From positions 1 through 64,000 of the forward strand of contig CAWBBV010000024.1 in assembly GCA_963787125.1 (NCBI GenBank): DNA of 64,000 nucleotides, in the 5' to 3' direction. The notes beneath the pieces are model-generated. The model ran no database searches and was not told the DNA's origin. It saw only the letters and a program-made list of their open reading frames with translations. This document shows, piece after piece, positions 28,177 through 37,444 of the stretch; positions within the stretch are counted from its first letter, which is position 1; each line of letters begins with the position of its first letter. The stretch comes from an uncultured delta proteobacterium (lineage in GTDB: Bacteria; Desulfobacterota; Desulfuromonadia; Geobacterales; DSM-12255). Both the position numbers and the translations under genes were made by a program.

Positions 28177-30180
28177 ATGATAGATCTACTTTTTTTACCC
28201 ATAACCATCAACAAGATGGAAGTTAAGAACCGCATCTTCATGCCGGCAATGCATATGAATATGGCTGGTAATTATGCGGTCAATGACCGCCTGGTTGACT
28301 TCTATGCCGAGCGCGCCCGTGGTGGTGCCGGGATGATTACGGTTGGTTACGCCACTGTTGATGAGCTTTCCGGCAATCCGGGCAATATCGGCGCACACAA
28401 AGATGCTTACATACCGGGCTTGACCAGACTGGCAAGCGCCATTCGCGATAATGGCGCCCGTGCTTCGGTGCAGCTGAACCACGCCGGTCGTTACAATCAT
28501 ACGATGCTTATGGGCGGAAAACAGCCGGTGGCCCCATCGGCAATTGCCTCGCGTCTTACCCGAGAAACCCCCCATGAGTTGACTGTTGCGGAAATAGAAC
28601 AGATTATTCTCCGCTTTGCTCAGGCTGCCGGGCGAGTCAAACAGGCAGGTTTTGATGCCGTCGAGATTCTCTCCGGCACCGGTTATCTGATCAGTGAGTT
28701 TCTCTCTCCGCTCACTAATCACCGCAGCGACGAGTACGGCGGCTCCTTTGAAAACCGCACCCGTTTTGGCCTTGAAGTAATGAAGGCGGTTCGTTCGGCA
28801 GTCGGCAGCGATTTCCCGCTCCTGGTCAGATTGAACGGTAATGAATTCATGAAAGGTGGCTCCACCAGGGAAGAGCTGCAGGAATATGCAGTTTTGTTGG
28901 AAGGTGTCGGAGTTGATGCACTCTGTGTCAATGTAGGGTGGCATGAAGCCATGGTACCGCAGATTGTCACTGAAGTGCCACGCGGAGTCTTTGGCTATCT
29001 GGCGCGCGGTATCAAGGAGCGTGTTACTATTCCCGTTATTGCCAGTCACCGCATTAACGATCCTGACGTCGCCAGGGAGATGATTGCTGACGGGCAGTGC
29101 GATATGGTAGCGGTTGGGCGGGCATTGATTGCTGATCCGTTTTTTCCTGAAAAAGCCCGCTCCGGACATGAAGCTGACATAGTTCACTGCGTTGCCTGCG
29201 GACAGGGATGTTTCGATAATCTTTTCAAAATGAAAGCAGTCGAATGTCTCTGTAATCCCAAAGCCGGTTATGAAAAATCCAGAAATGCCGGGAAAACAGA
29301 TAAACCTCTTAAGGTTATGGTTGTTGGAGGCGGCGCTGCCGGAATGAGCGCTGCCATAGCGGCGGCTGCGCGTGGTCATCAGGTTCAGCTGCATGAGCAG
29401 AAAGATCACCTCGGCGGACAGTTGCTCCTGGCTGGTGCCCCCCCGGGCAGAGAAGAGTTTCTGGAGCTGGCCAAAGATCTGGCGCGGCAGGTAGAACTAT
29501 CCGGAGCTAAAGTTGTTTTTAATTCCACGGTCAATGAAGCAGTTTTAACTGAAGCTGCTCCTGAGGCTGTCATCCTGGCAACCGGCGGAGTGCCGCTGAG
29601 CCCACCGATTCCAGGCGCTGATCTGGCTCATGTTGTTCAGGCCTGGGATGTTCTGGAAGGGACCGCCCTGACAGGCAAAAGGGTTGTCGTGATCGGCGGT
29701 GGCGCTGTCGGCATTGAAACCGCACTGCTCCTTGCTGAGAAAGGGACTGTCAGTGGCGAAGCGCTGAAGTTCCTGTTGGTGCATGGCGCCGAGTCGCCGG
29801 AAAATCTCTACAAACTGGCGACCCAGGGGAGCAAGCAGGTAACCGTAATCGAAATGCTCGAAGATATGGGGAAAAATTTTGGCAGGAGTACCCGCTGGGG
29901 GATGATGCAGGATGTTGAGCGCTACGGCGTCAAGACCCGTACCAGCGCCAAGGTACTCAAGATCTCAGCCGACTCCGTCACTGTCGAAGCAGACGGTAAG
30001 GTGGAAGATATACCTGCAGACAGTGTGGTTCTGGCAGCCGGCACAAGGCCGTCTATTCAGCTTCTGGAGGCAACCGTTGCGAAGGGGGTTGCTTTCAGGG
30101 TTGTCGGCGACGCTGTTCGGCCGGCTATGGTTTTTGACGCCATTCATGATGGTTACACGGCCGGTTGTGAGATCGGTTGA
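28177..30180 (+). CDS. fadH: 2,4-dienoyl-CoA reductase (NADPH), OYE-family flavoprotein
   Basis: FYAERARGG, GYLISEFLSPLTNHRSDEYGGS, VGWHEA..P, CVACGQGCFD, GGGAAG and GGGAVG. Alternative start at 28153. Confidence 0.88.
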   Translation: MIDLLFLPITINKMEVKNRIFMPAMHMNMAGNYAVNDRLVDFYAERARGGAGMITVGYATVDELSGNPGNIGAHKDAYIPGLTRLASAIRDNGARASVQLNHAGRYNHTMLMGGKQPVAPSAIASRLTRETPHELTVAEIEQIILRFAQAAGRVKQAGFDAVEILSGTGYLISEFLSPLTNHRSDEYGGSFENRTRFGLEVMKAVRSAVGSDFPLLVRLNGNEFMKGGSTREELQEYAVLLEGVGVDALCVNVGWHEAMVPQIVTEVPRGVFGYLARGIKERVTIPVIASHRINDPDVAREMIADGQCDMVAVGRALIADPFFPEKARSGHEADIVHCVACGQGCFDNLFKMKAVECLCNPKAGYEKSRNAGKTDKPLKVMVVGGGAAGMSAAIAAAARGHQVQLHEQKDHLGGQLLLAGAPPGREEFLELAKDLARQVELSGAKVVFNSTVNEAVLTEAAPEAVILATGGVPLSPPIPGADLAHVVQAWDVLEGTALTGKRVVVIGGGAVGIETALLLAEKGTVSGEALKFLLVHGAESPENLYKLATQGSKQVTVIEMLEDMGKNFGRSTRWGMMQDVERYGVKTRTSAKVLKISADSVTVEADGKVEDIPADSVVLAAGTRPSIQLLEATVAKGVAFRVVGDAVRPAMVFDAIHDGYTAGCEIG

Positions 30181-30206
30181 TATTGGACAAAAAAGGAGAT
30201 GGATTT

Positions 30207-30767
30207 ATGAAAAAAGTTTTTGTTGCCCTGTTGTTGACCATGTTTCTGGCAGGAACCGCCGCAGCCGTCGAAGTTGCCGGTGTCAATCTCGAACCTTCTG
30301 TAACAGTCAACAGCCAGTCGTTAAAGCTCAACGGCTACGGACTGCGGAAAAAGTTCTTTGTTAAAGTTTATATCGGTTCCTTGTATGCAACCAAAACTTT
30401 CACCACTGCTCAGGCAGCGCTTAGTGACACTGGTGACAAGGTAATCCGGATGAATTTCCTGCACTCAAAGGTAGACAAGGAAAAGATCATAGATGCCTTC
30501 AAAGAAGGCTTTGCCAATAACTCGCCTGATATGGCCGGTTCTGCGGAGGTAAAGAAATTTCTGGCTCTTTTCACGGCTGATTTTGTCAAAGGTGATGTTG
30601 TCGACCTGACTCTCAGGACTGATGGTAACGTCTCTGCCAGTCATAATAGTAAACAGCTTGGCACTGTTTCCTCTGCAAAGCTCGGCAGAGCAGTGCTTGC
30701 CATCTATTTGGGCGACAAGCCTGCTGACGACTCCCTGAAAAAAGGGATGCTCGGCGGCAAGGATTAA
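30207..30767 (+). CDS. Secreted chalcone-isomerase-fold (fatty-acid-binding-like) protein
   Basis: Signal peptide, LKLNGYGLRKKFFVKVYIGSLY, IYLGDKPADDSLKKGMLG. Confidence 0.85.
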   Translation: MKKVFVALLLTMFLAGTAAAVEVAGVNLEPSVTVNSQSLKLNGYGLRKKFFVKVYIGSLYATKTFTTAQAALSDTGDKVIRMNFLHSKVDKEKIIDAFKEGFANNSPDMAGSAEVKKFLALFTADFVKGDVVDLTLRTDGNVSASHNSKQLGTVSSAKLGRAVLAIYLGDKPADDSLKKGMLGGKD

Positions 30768-30777
30768 AAGGGCGCTT

Positions 30778-31680
30778 ATGTCTCCGCTCATCAAGGAACA
30801 ATCAATATCTGTGCCTTTGGCGTCCGGGGATATTCTCAACCTCCAGAGGTTTACTGCAGCAGCATCTGGGCCGCCGGTCCTGATGCTGCACGGTGCCATC
30901 GAGAACGGCCGCATCTTTTACTCAGGTTCAGGCAAAGGGCTGGCCCCCTTCCTGGCGAGAAACGGTTTTGATGTTTATGTGGCTGATCTGCGCGGTCGGG
31001 GCAAAAGTAACCCCCCGATTGACAGTAGTTCATCCTTTGGTCAAACCGAGGCAATAACAGAAGACATCCCGGCGTTTGTTAAGGCAATCAGGAAAATCCG
31101 CGGTCCAATCCCGCAGCAGTGGATAGCACATTCCTGGGGAGGGGTGCTGTTCTCATCTTTTCTGGCACGCTTTCCCGAATACGCCGAGCAGGTCAGTTCC
31201 ATGGTTTATTTCGGCAGCAAACGTACCGTCAGGGTCTGGAATATCCACCGGCTACTCAAGGTGGAAGTCGCCTGGAATATGGTTTGTCCCCTTGCCTGCC
31301 GCATAGCCGGTTTTCTTCCCGCGCGCCAACTGCGCATCGGCTCGGACAGCGAAACTGTCAGATCGTATCATGAGAGCGCTGACTGGGTGAGAAACGATGC
31401 CTGGATTGATGCTGACGGTTTTGACTACGGCGCTGCCATCAAAAAAATAGTTCTACCGCCGATCTGGTATCTGGCCGCCGTTAATGATCATGCCTTGGGG
31501 CATCCCAGTGATGTCTGGAATTTTATGGACTCTGCCGGTATTCAGAAGAGCCGTTTCACGGTGCTTTCCAGAAAGAAGGGGAACCTTCATGACTACGATC
31601 ATATTAATATGTTGACCCATCCGGGTGCTGTCAACGACCATTTTCCCCAAGTACTTGAGTGGCTCAGGGCGCATGACTAA
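30778..31680 (+). CDS. Alpha/beta-fold hydrolase (esterase/lipase-like)
   Basis: LHGAIENGRIFYS, DLRGRG, AHSWGG, YDHINML. Confidence 0.88.
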   Translation: MSPLIKEQSISVPLASGDILNLQRFTAAASGPPVLMLHGAIENGRIFYSGSGKGLAPFLARNGFDVYVADLRGRGKSNPPIDSSSSFGQTEAITEDIPAFVKAIRKIRGPIPQQWIAHSWGGVLFSSFLARFPEYAEQVSSMVYFGSKRTVRVWNIHRLLKVEVAWNMVCPLACRIAGFLPARQLRIGSDSETVRSYHESADWVRNDAWIDADGFDYGAAIKKIVLPPIWYLAAVNDHALGHPSDVWNFMDSAGIQKSRFTVLSRKKGNLHDYDHINMLTHPGAVNDHFPQVLEWLRAHD

Positions 31681-31699
31681 TGTAGGAAGGAGCTTAACC

Positions 31700-32143
31700 G
31701 TGCCACAAAAACATTCTACCACCATTGAGCTGAGGTTCTCGGATCTTGACGCCTATGGTCATGTTAACAGTGCTGTCTATTTCACTTACCTGGAAACTGC
31801 CCGGGTCAAACTTTTCAATGATTTTTTTAAAGAGATCACAGCCCAGGGAATTTTTACCGTAGTTGCCCGGGCGGAATGTGATTTCAAAATGCCGATCATG
31901 CTTGAGGATAAGGTTGTCGTGACTCTCTGGGTAGCTAAAATCGGCCGCTCAAGCTTTGATATCGAATACCGGCTGCATAACGATAAAGAGACAACCTTTG
32001 CCACGGCTAGAACCACCATGGTCTGTTTTGACAATATCAAAAAGTCGACTGTCCCGATACCCGATAGCATCAAGGCTATGGCATCAACAGAAACAGCTTC
32101 AGCTTTGCCGTTGACAGCTGAAACTAGAGAAGCTGCGGTATGA
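31700..32143 (+). CDS. Acyl-CoA thioesterase (4HBT/YbgC hot-dog fold)
   Basis: LRFSDLDAYGHVNSAVYFTYLETAR. GTG start after an AAGGAG RBS. Confidence 0.9.
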   Translation: MPQKHSTTIELRFSDLDAYGHVNSAVYFTYLETARVKLFNDFFKEITAQGIFTVVARAECDFKMPIMLEDKVVVTLWVAKIGRSSFDIEYRLHNDKETTFATARTTMVCFDNIKKSTVPIPDSIKAMASTETASALPLTAETREAAV

Positions 32144-33714
32144 ACAAAAATCTGTTGCCAAGAAGTAGAGTAACACCGGCATTTTTGGCGGAATTGGCAG
32201 AGATTAGCTGCAGGAGGGGGCAAGCCAGAGATAAAATCAGTGTGACTGCGCCGTTTAGCGGTGAAGTCCTAGGCACTATTTTGGCTTGTACGGAAGAGGA
32301 TATCCTCTCCGCAGTCAGCAGGGCGAGAAGCGCCCAGGCAGCCTGGGCGGACAGATCCTACGCCTCACGACGGGAGATCTTTCTTCTTTTTCACGATCTG
32401 GTACTGAAGCATCAGGATGAACTGCTCGACATAATCCAGTTGGAAACAGGCAAGGCTCGTCTGCATGCCCTGGAAGAAATTCTCGATGTGGCGATTTGCA
32501 GCAGATACTATGCGATTCACGGTTGTCAGCACCTTAAGCCGAAACGTCGCCGGGGAGCTCTGCCGCTACTAACCCGGACCATCGAACATCATCATCCAGT
32601 CGGAGTGGCTGGAATCATCTCTCCCTGGAACTACCCGTTTTCCCTGGCCATCACTGATGCCATTCCAGCCTTGCTGGCCGGTAATTGCGTAATTCTCAAG
32701 CCGGATCATCAGACCTCATTCACCGCTCTTTTCGGTTTGAAACTGCTGCGGGAGGCAGGCCTGCCTGCTGACGTCATGGCGATTATAACCGGCGATGGCA
32801 GGATTATCGGCACACCACTGCTTAACGCAGTAGATGTCATCTCCTTTACCGGCAGTACTGCCACCGGTCGTCATATTGCCGAACAGGCGGGACGACGTCT
32901 GGTCAAATGCTCGCTGGAGCTCGGTGGAAAAAACCCTTTAGTGATCTTGAACGATGCAAATCTTGAGCGAGCCGTCAACGGGTCGATTCAGGGGTGCTTT
33001 GCCAATTGCGGCCAGCTCTGCATGTCTTTTGAACGGGTTTATGTGCAAAACGAAATATACGACCGCTTTGTTGCGGCTTTCGTAAAGAAAACTGCCGCTA
33101 TCAGGCTCGGCAGCAGTCTTGATTATCAGGCTGACATTGGGTCACTTACCTCTGAGCGCCAACTGGCAACAGTGCAAGCCCATCTGCAGGATGCCCTGTC
33201 AAAAGGGGCACGTCTGCTTAGCGGCGGGAAGCACCGGCCCGATATCGGCCCGTTCTTTTTTGAGCCGACCATCCTCAGCGGCGTAACGGCCGAAATGATG
33301 ATGTTCAGCCAGGAGACTTTTGGCCCGTTAGTGGCTCTCTATCGTTTTAACACTCCCGATGAAGCCATAACAGCTGCGAACGCTTCTGCCTACGGGCTGA
33401 ACGGGTCAATTTGGACCGGTGATGTCCGGAGAGGGCAAGAACTTGCTACCAGATTAATGTGTGGCACGGTAAATATTAATGAAGGCTACGCTGCTGCCTG
33501 GGGCTCTGTTGATGCGCCAATGGGTGGAATGAAGGATTCAGGTCTTGGCAGAAGGCACGGTGCTGAAGGAATTCTCAAGTATACCGAATCCCAGACTGTG
33601 GCCGTCCAAAGACTCTTTCAGATTGGGCCAATGCCGGGTATGTCCGGAGATGCATATGCCCGGCTTATGACAAGATTGCTCTCTCTGGTGCGCCGGTTGC
33701 CGGGGTTGAGATAA
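32140..33714 (+). CDS. NAD(P)-dependent aldehyde dehydrogenase (succinate-semialdehyde dehydrogenase-like)
   Basis: ISPWNYP, FTGSTATG, LELGGKNP, GQLC, ETFGP, PMGGMKDSGLGRRHG. Confidence 0.92.
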   Translation: MNKNLLPRSRVTPAFLAELAEISCRRGQARDKISVTAPFSGEVLGTILACTEEDILSAVSRARSAQAAWADRSYASRREIFLLFHDLVLKHQDELLDIIQLETGKARLHALEEILDVAICSRYYAIHGCQHLKPKRRRGALPLLTRTIEHHHPVGVAGIISPWNYPFSLAITDAIPALLAGNCVILKPDHQTSFTALFGLKLLREAGLPADVMAIITGDGRIIGTPLLNAVDVISFTGSTATGRHIAEQAGRRLVKCSLELGGKNPLVILNDANLERAVNGSIQGCFANCGQLCMSFERVYVQNEIYDRFVAAFVKKTAAIRLGSSLDYQADIGSLTSERQLATVQAHLQDALSKGARLLSGGKHRPDIGPFFFEPTILSGVTAEMMMFSQETFGPLVALYRFNTPDEAITAANASAYGLNGSIWTGDVRRGQELATRLMCGTVNINEGYAAAWGSVDAPMGGMKDSGLGRRHGAEGILKYTESQTVAVQRLFQIGPMPGMSGDAYARLMTRLLSLVRRLPGLR

Positions 33715-33787
33715 GGCTAAGAGCTCAGTGGTAATTAGCCAAAAGATTACCTTCAGATATTTAGAGTTACAGATTTAGGGGAGATTT

Positions 33788-35419
33788 ATGCCGGAACAAT
33801 TAGATTTCGATTTCATTGTCATCGGCTCCGGTTTTGGCGGCAGTGTTTCAACGCACCGCCTGACTGAAAAAGGTTACCGGGTCGGGGTGATGGAGATGGG
33901 CAAGCGCTGGCGTAGCGAGGACTTTCCGGAAAGCAACTGGCGGTCATGGTGTTACTTCTGGCTCCCGGCGCTGCGCTGTTTTGGTTCATTCCGGATGACC
34001 CTCTTTCGCCACGCTTTTGTTCTGAGCGGTGCCGGAGTAGGTGGCGGCTCACTCAATTATGCCAATGTTCTGCTGGTCCCGGGGAAAAACGTCTGGCAAG
34101 ACCCGCTCTGGGGTGGGCTAAAGGATTGGGCAGCGATCATGCCCGAGCATTACGCTACCGCTAAAAAAATGCTCGGTGTGACAACCAACCCGGTTTATTG
34201 CTCCTCTGATAATGTCCTTCGGGATGCCGCCGCGGCACAGGGGGTTGGCGATACCTTTTATCCGACAGATGTGGCGATCTATTTCGGAGAAAACGGCAAG
34301 ACGGTGCCGGACCCCTTTTTTGACGGCAAGGGTCCCCAGCGAACCGGGTGCGAGCTTTGCGGCGGTTGCATGGTCGGCTGTCGTCATGGCGGCAAGAATA
34401 CTCTCGACAAGAACTATTTGTACCTGGCGGAAAAGGCCGGCGCAAAGATTTTTCCCGAGACTCTGGTTACAGATGTCAAACCGATCAATGGCAGGTCAGA
34501 CGGCAGTGACGGATACGAAATTCATACGGAATCATCCACTAATCTGCTTTTTAAAAAGAAACGAATTTACCGCGCCCGGGGGGTTGTCTTCTCCGGCGGG
34601 GTCCTTGGTACAGTCAAGTTGCTGATGGATTTGAAACGGCGGCGGTCACTGCCGTTGTTGAGCGAGCAGCTCGGACAGGTGGTAAGAACCAACTCGGAGT
34701 CGATCATTGGAGTGCGTTTCCCCCAGGCGACCGGTGATATGAGTGAAGGGGTTGCCATCGGCTCGGGAATCTGGGTCGATGAGCACACACATATAGAAGC
34801 AACCCGTTATTCAGCCGGTTCAGACGCTCTTGGCCTCCTCCTCAGCATCCTTCCCAAGAGTGCGCCCGGCGCCAGTCGCATCTTGTCCTGGGCAGGGTCA
34901 ATACTGAGGCACCCACTCCGTTTTCTGAAAGTGCTTAACCCGATCGGTATGGCTAAAAGTACTACTATTCTGCTGGTCATGCAGGATTACGACAGTCGGA
35001 TCAAACTTCGACTGAAACGATCGCTCCTGTCACCTTTCAAGCAAAAACTGGCAACCAGCGGTGATCCGATTCCAGCGTGCATACCCCAGGCAAACGACTT
35101 TGCCGAAAAAATGGCGACGCAGTTTGGCGGCACAGCGGTAACCTCCATCACCGAGATTCTCTTCAATGTGCCGACCACAGCCCACATTCTTGGCGGAGCA
35201 ACAATGGGGGAGAATCCAGCTGCCGGAGTCATTGATGGCGAGAATCGGGTTTTCAATTACAAAAATATGTACGTCTGCGACGGGAGCATGATCAGCGCCA
35301 ATCTGGCGGTCAATCCGAGTCTTACCATCACCGCTCTCACCGAACAGGCCATGAGTCACATTAAACCGGCAAACCTGACCGATTGGAACGAAACCGGCCG
35401 TAGCATGAAAGCTGCGTAA
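33788..35419 (+). CDS. GMC-family FAD oxidoreductase (cholesterol-oxidase ChoD-like)
   Basis: VIGSGFGGSV, GAGVGGGSLNYAN, CELCGGCMVGCRHGGKNTL, TAHILGG, NPSLTITA. Confidence 0.88.
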   Translation: MPEQLDFDFIVIGSGFGGSVSTHRLTEKGYRVGVMEMGKRWRSEDFPESNWRSWCYFWLPALRCFGSFRMTLFRHAFVLSGAGVGGGSLNYANVLLVPGKNVWQDPLWGGLKDWAAIMPEHYATAKKMLGVTTNPVYCSSDNVLRDAAAAQGVGDTFYPTDVAIYFGENGKTVPDPFFDGKGPQRTGCELCGGCMVGCRHGGKNTLDKNYLYLAEKAGAKIFPETLVTDVKPINGRSDGSDGYEIHTESSTNLLFKKKRIYRARGVVFSGGVLGTVKLLMDLKRRRSLPLLSEQLGQVVRTNSESIIGVRFPQATGDMSEGVAIGSGIWVDEHTHIEATRYSAGSDALGLLLSILPKSAPGASRILSWAGSILRHPLRFLKVLNPIGMAKSTTILLVMQDYDSRIKLRLKRSLLSPFKQKLATSGDPIPACIPQANDFAEKMATQFGGTAVTSITEILFNVPTTAHILGGATMGENPAAGVIDGENRVFNYKNMYVCDGSMISANLAVNPSLTITALTEQAMSHIKPANLTDWNETGRSMKAA

Positions 35420-35442
35420 ACAAATCTGAAGGAGTATTCAAA

Positions 35443-36219
35443 ATGAGCAACAGCGATCTGATTCAGAGTGAACTTTCCGAGGGGATTCTCACGCTCTGCA
35501 TGAACCGACCGGATAAAAAAAATGCCCTGAACATGGCAATGTATCAGGCTTTGGCTGACGGCATCAGGGGGGCGGACAGTGACGATGCTGTCAGAGTTAT
35601 CCTTTTGAGCGGCAATGGCGACTGTTTCACCAGCGGTAATGATCTGGCGGATTTTCTTGGCGGGCCGCAAAACCCCAAAGAGAGCCCGGTTATGCAGTTT
35701 TTGTTCGCTATCAGTGAAGCGCGCAAGCCTTTAGTTGCAGCGGTCAACGGTCTGGCCGTCGGGGTGGGGGTGACCATGCTGCTTCATTGCGACCTGGTTT
35801 ATGCCGCCAGGAGCGCTACCTTCCAGATGCCGTTTGTTAATCTCGGCCTTTGCCCTGAAGCCGGGTCAACTCTGCTTCTGCCACAGATTATGGGGCATCA
35901 GCGGGCCGCCGAACTGCTGCTTTTGGGTGATGTTTTCACTTCGGACAAAGCCTTTAGCCTCGGTATCATAACGGAGCTCTGTCCTGACGGTGATCTGCTT
36001 GCAACTGCGCGCAAGAAAGCGCTCCAGGTTGCGGCGCAGCCGGCTGCAGCAGTGCGGCTTGCCAAGAGTCTGCTCAAACGGGATTACGCTCCTCAGCTTA
36101 AGGAAACCATTCTCGAAGAAGGGACACAGTTCATGGCGCGACTCAAGTCTCCAGAAGCGGGTGAAGCGTTGCAGGCTTTCATGCAGCGCCGCAAGCCTGA
36201 CTTTACCAAGTTCAGCTAG
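35443..36219 (+). CDS. Enoyl-CoA hydratase/isomerase (crotonase; likely delta3,delta2-isomerase type)
   Basis: NRPDKKNAL, FTSGNDL, AVGVGVTMLLHCDLV, PFVNLGLCPEAGS. Confidence 0.9.
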   Translation: MSNSDLIQSELSEGILTLCMNRPDKKNALNMAMYQALADGIRGADSDDAVRVILLSGNGDCFTSGNDLADFLGGPQNPKESPVMQFLFAISEARKPLVAAVNGLAVGVGVTMLLHCDLVYAARSATFQMPFVNLGLCPEAGSTLLLPQIMGHQRAAELLLLGDVFTSDKAFSLGIITELCPDGDLLATARKKALQVAAQPAAAVRLAKSLLKRDYAPQLKETILEEGTQFMARLKSPEAGEALQAFMQRRKPDFTKFS

Positions 36220-36235
36220 TCAGGGAGGATGCGCA

Positions 36236-37441
36236 ATGGGACATCATTTAGGCTCAAAAAGCAGTGTAGTGCCACTCATAGACCGGCTCAACAAGTATCC
36301 GATAGGTCTTGTTGACAGCGAAAAATTGCGTGAAATTCTGGCGCTTTTGTTTGAAGAGCGCGAAGCGTTTGTTGCCTCACGTTTCCCACTGGAGGAAGCA
36401 ACTCTGCCCGAATTGGTGCGCTTGACAAAAATCCCGCCAGAGGAGCTGCTGCCGCTGCTTGACAGAATGGCAGACAAAGGGCTGGTGATGGACATGGAGT
36501 ACAGCGGCGAGGTCTATTACCTGCTGATGCCAGGTCTGATTGGGTTCTTCGAGTTCACCTTCATGAAAAACCGGACCGACCTCCCGCTGGAGAAGATCGC
36601 CCGGTTGATGACCGAATACATGCATGAAACAGCTGGCGGGAAAGGCCAGGCGGCAGAAGTCTTCGGTTCCAAAACCCAGCTCACCCGGTCTCTGGTGTAT
36701 GAGGAACATATTCCGGTTACATCCGAGATAACAACCTACGAAAACGCCCGGGAGATTATCAAGGGGGCAGGGTACGGTGCGGTGGGGCTCTGCTTCTGTC
36801 GCCACAAGAAGGAACATCTGGGGGAAACCTGCAGCAAGGGCGCGCCGCTGGAAGATATCTGCATCTCCCTCGGTGCCGCCGCCAGGTTTTTCACCCGGCG
36901 CGGCTTCGCCAAGGAAAAAAGTGTCGATGAACTGCTGGCGGTGCTGGACCGGGCACGGGAATTCAACCTGACCTTTGTGACTGATAATATCAGGCAGAAG
37001 CCATCGTTTATCTGCTGCTGCTGCCGCTGCTGCTGCGAGCTGATGGCCGGTGTACAGCACGGCTTCCATGAAGGTATTGCCAAGACCGGCTTTACTGCGG
37101 TGATCGACCCTGAGAAGTGCGACTACTGCGGTAACTGCTTCAAGGCGTGCAACGTCAAGGGGATCGGCCTGCCGAAAGGGGTTACTTTTGCAGCGCGGAG
37201 TGAACGCTATGCAGCTGTCGATGCGAAGATCTGTCTCGGTTGCGGCGCCTGTGTCTCGGCCTGCAGCAAGGGGGCGCTGACTATGGTCAAGGCTGACAAC
37301 CGCCGTTTGCCACCATTGAAAAGAAACGACCTCTACAAGCAGATCCTTAAAGAAAAAGGGCGATTGACCCCTTATGTCATTAGCGGGATCAAGAAAAAAA
37401 TCATCAGTCTGCTCCCCGGAACGGGCGCAAAAAGGAGATAA
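36236..37441 (+). CDS. 4Fe-4S dicluster protein with N-terminal HTH-like region and Cys-rich motif
   Basis: GGGAGG RBS before ATG 36236. CFCRH, ICCCCRCCC, CDYCGNCFKAC, CLGCGACVSAC. Confidence 0.85.
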   Translation: MGHHLGSKSSVVPLIDRLNKYPIGLVDSEKLREILALLFEEREAFVASRFPLEEATLPELVRLTKIPPEELLPLLDRMADKGLVMDMEYSGEVYYLLMPGLIGFFEFTFMKNRTDLPLEKIARLMTEYMHETAGGKGQAAEVFGSKTQLTRSLVYEEHIPVTSEITTYENAREIIKGAGYGAVGLCFCRHKKEHLGETCSKGAPLEDICISLGAAARFFTRRGFAKEKSVDELLAVLDRAREFNLTFVTDNIRQKPSFICCCCRCCCELMAGVQHGFHEGIAKTGFTAVIDPEKCDYCGNCFKACNVKGIGLPKGVTFAARSERYAAVDAKICLGCGACVSACSKGALTMVKADNRRLPPLKRNDLYKQILKEKGRLTPYVISGIKKKIISLLPGTGAKRR

Positions 37442-37444
37442 CTT

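Noticed and set aside
33715..33740. tRNA-like string GAGCTCAGTGGTA
   Set aside because: No anticodon arm, T-arm (GTTCRA) or acceptor stem; it is only the loop of a ggctaa/ttagcc hairpin.
35990..36235. Extended starts from the ORF track (also 53108, 7789, 11301, 27185, 31625, 62277)
   Set aside because: They overlap upstream genes or hairpins; downstream starts have clear RBSs.
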